From NCBI GenBank assembly GCA_964016885.1, contig OZ024746.1, positions 32,302,001 through 32,366,000 on the forward strand: a stretch of 64,000 bases of DNA, given 5' to 3'. This document shows positions 63,582 to 64,000 of the stretch, in pieces (position 1 is the stretch's first letter; each line of letters starts with the position of its first letter). The position numbers and the translations under genes are program-made. The notes under the pieces were generated by a model that saw only the letters and a program-made list of their open reading frames with translations, was not told the origin of the DNA and did not search any database. The stretch is from Eledone cirrhosa (lineage: Eukaryota).

Positions 63582-64000
63582 ATAAGTAGTGCAGAAATCA
63601 TTAAATAGAAAGGATCAGTGAAGGAGTGTATTCATGGCCACACCCACAATATAACATACCCTCCAAGTTTGTACTAATATCCTTGGGAAAGGCATAAACA
63701 TCATAATTTCTCATTCCCCCCATCCCCTCCTCTTCAACACATTCTTAAAATATCTCAGATTTCATTGATATTGTTGTAAGAAACCCTTATTTACAACCAA
63801 ATGTGTGTGTCTCTGCAATATTTTGAAGTAGTGCTAAGTAACAATCTAGCAGAGAGGTCGACCATGTTGAACTTTCATCTGATAAACTAGAATCAAACTT
63901 ATTTCTCTCATTTCAATTCCTGACTCCCAGTTTAACCAAAACTAGACAGATATCTACAAATGTTGTTTATGTACTTTTGATACTCCAACTTTATTTTCAA

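Overview
AT-rich, extremely repeat-dense animal genomic DNA. The SINE, MITE and microsatellite repertoire looks like a coleoid cephalopod (Octopus-like); this is inferred from remembered repeat families, not from a search. I recognise no known protein-coding gene, rRNA or intact tRNA. Almost every ORF in the supplied track is a translation of microsatellites, minisatellites or SINEs. The window holds at least four tRNA-derived SINE families (many copies, several with target-site duplications), TTAA-flanked piggyBac-type MITEs, hAT-type MITEs, decayed RTE, CR1/L2 and RLE-type LINE fragments, six minisatellites and several long inverted repeats. The best leads are: (1) a 134 x 30-bp array in which nearly every unit reads branch-point-like motif, pyrimidine-rich tract, YAG|G(T/C)RAG, i.e. 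back-to-back acceptor/donor motifs with a frame-preserving period; (2) a ~450-bp inverted-repeat element carrying two convergent tRNA-Glu-like Pol III promoters; (3) a possible minus-strand spliced transcript (CpG-rich islands at 52-54 kb, candidate exons at 45.8, 31.6 and 24.4 kb) with a CArG box and a Kozak-perfect 39-aa hydrophobic small ORF; (4) young near-perfect hairpins that would be dsRNA/ADAR substrates if transcribed. Repeat boundaries are approximate.
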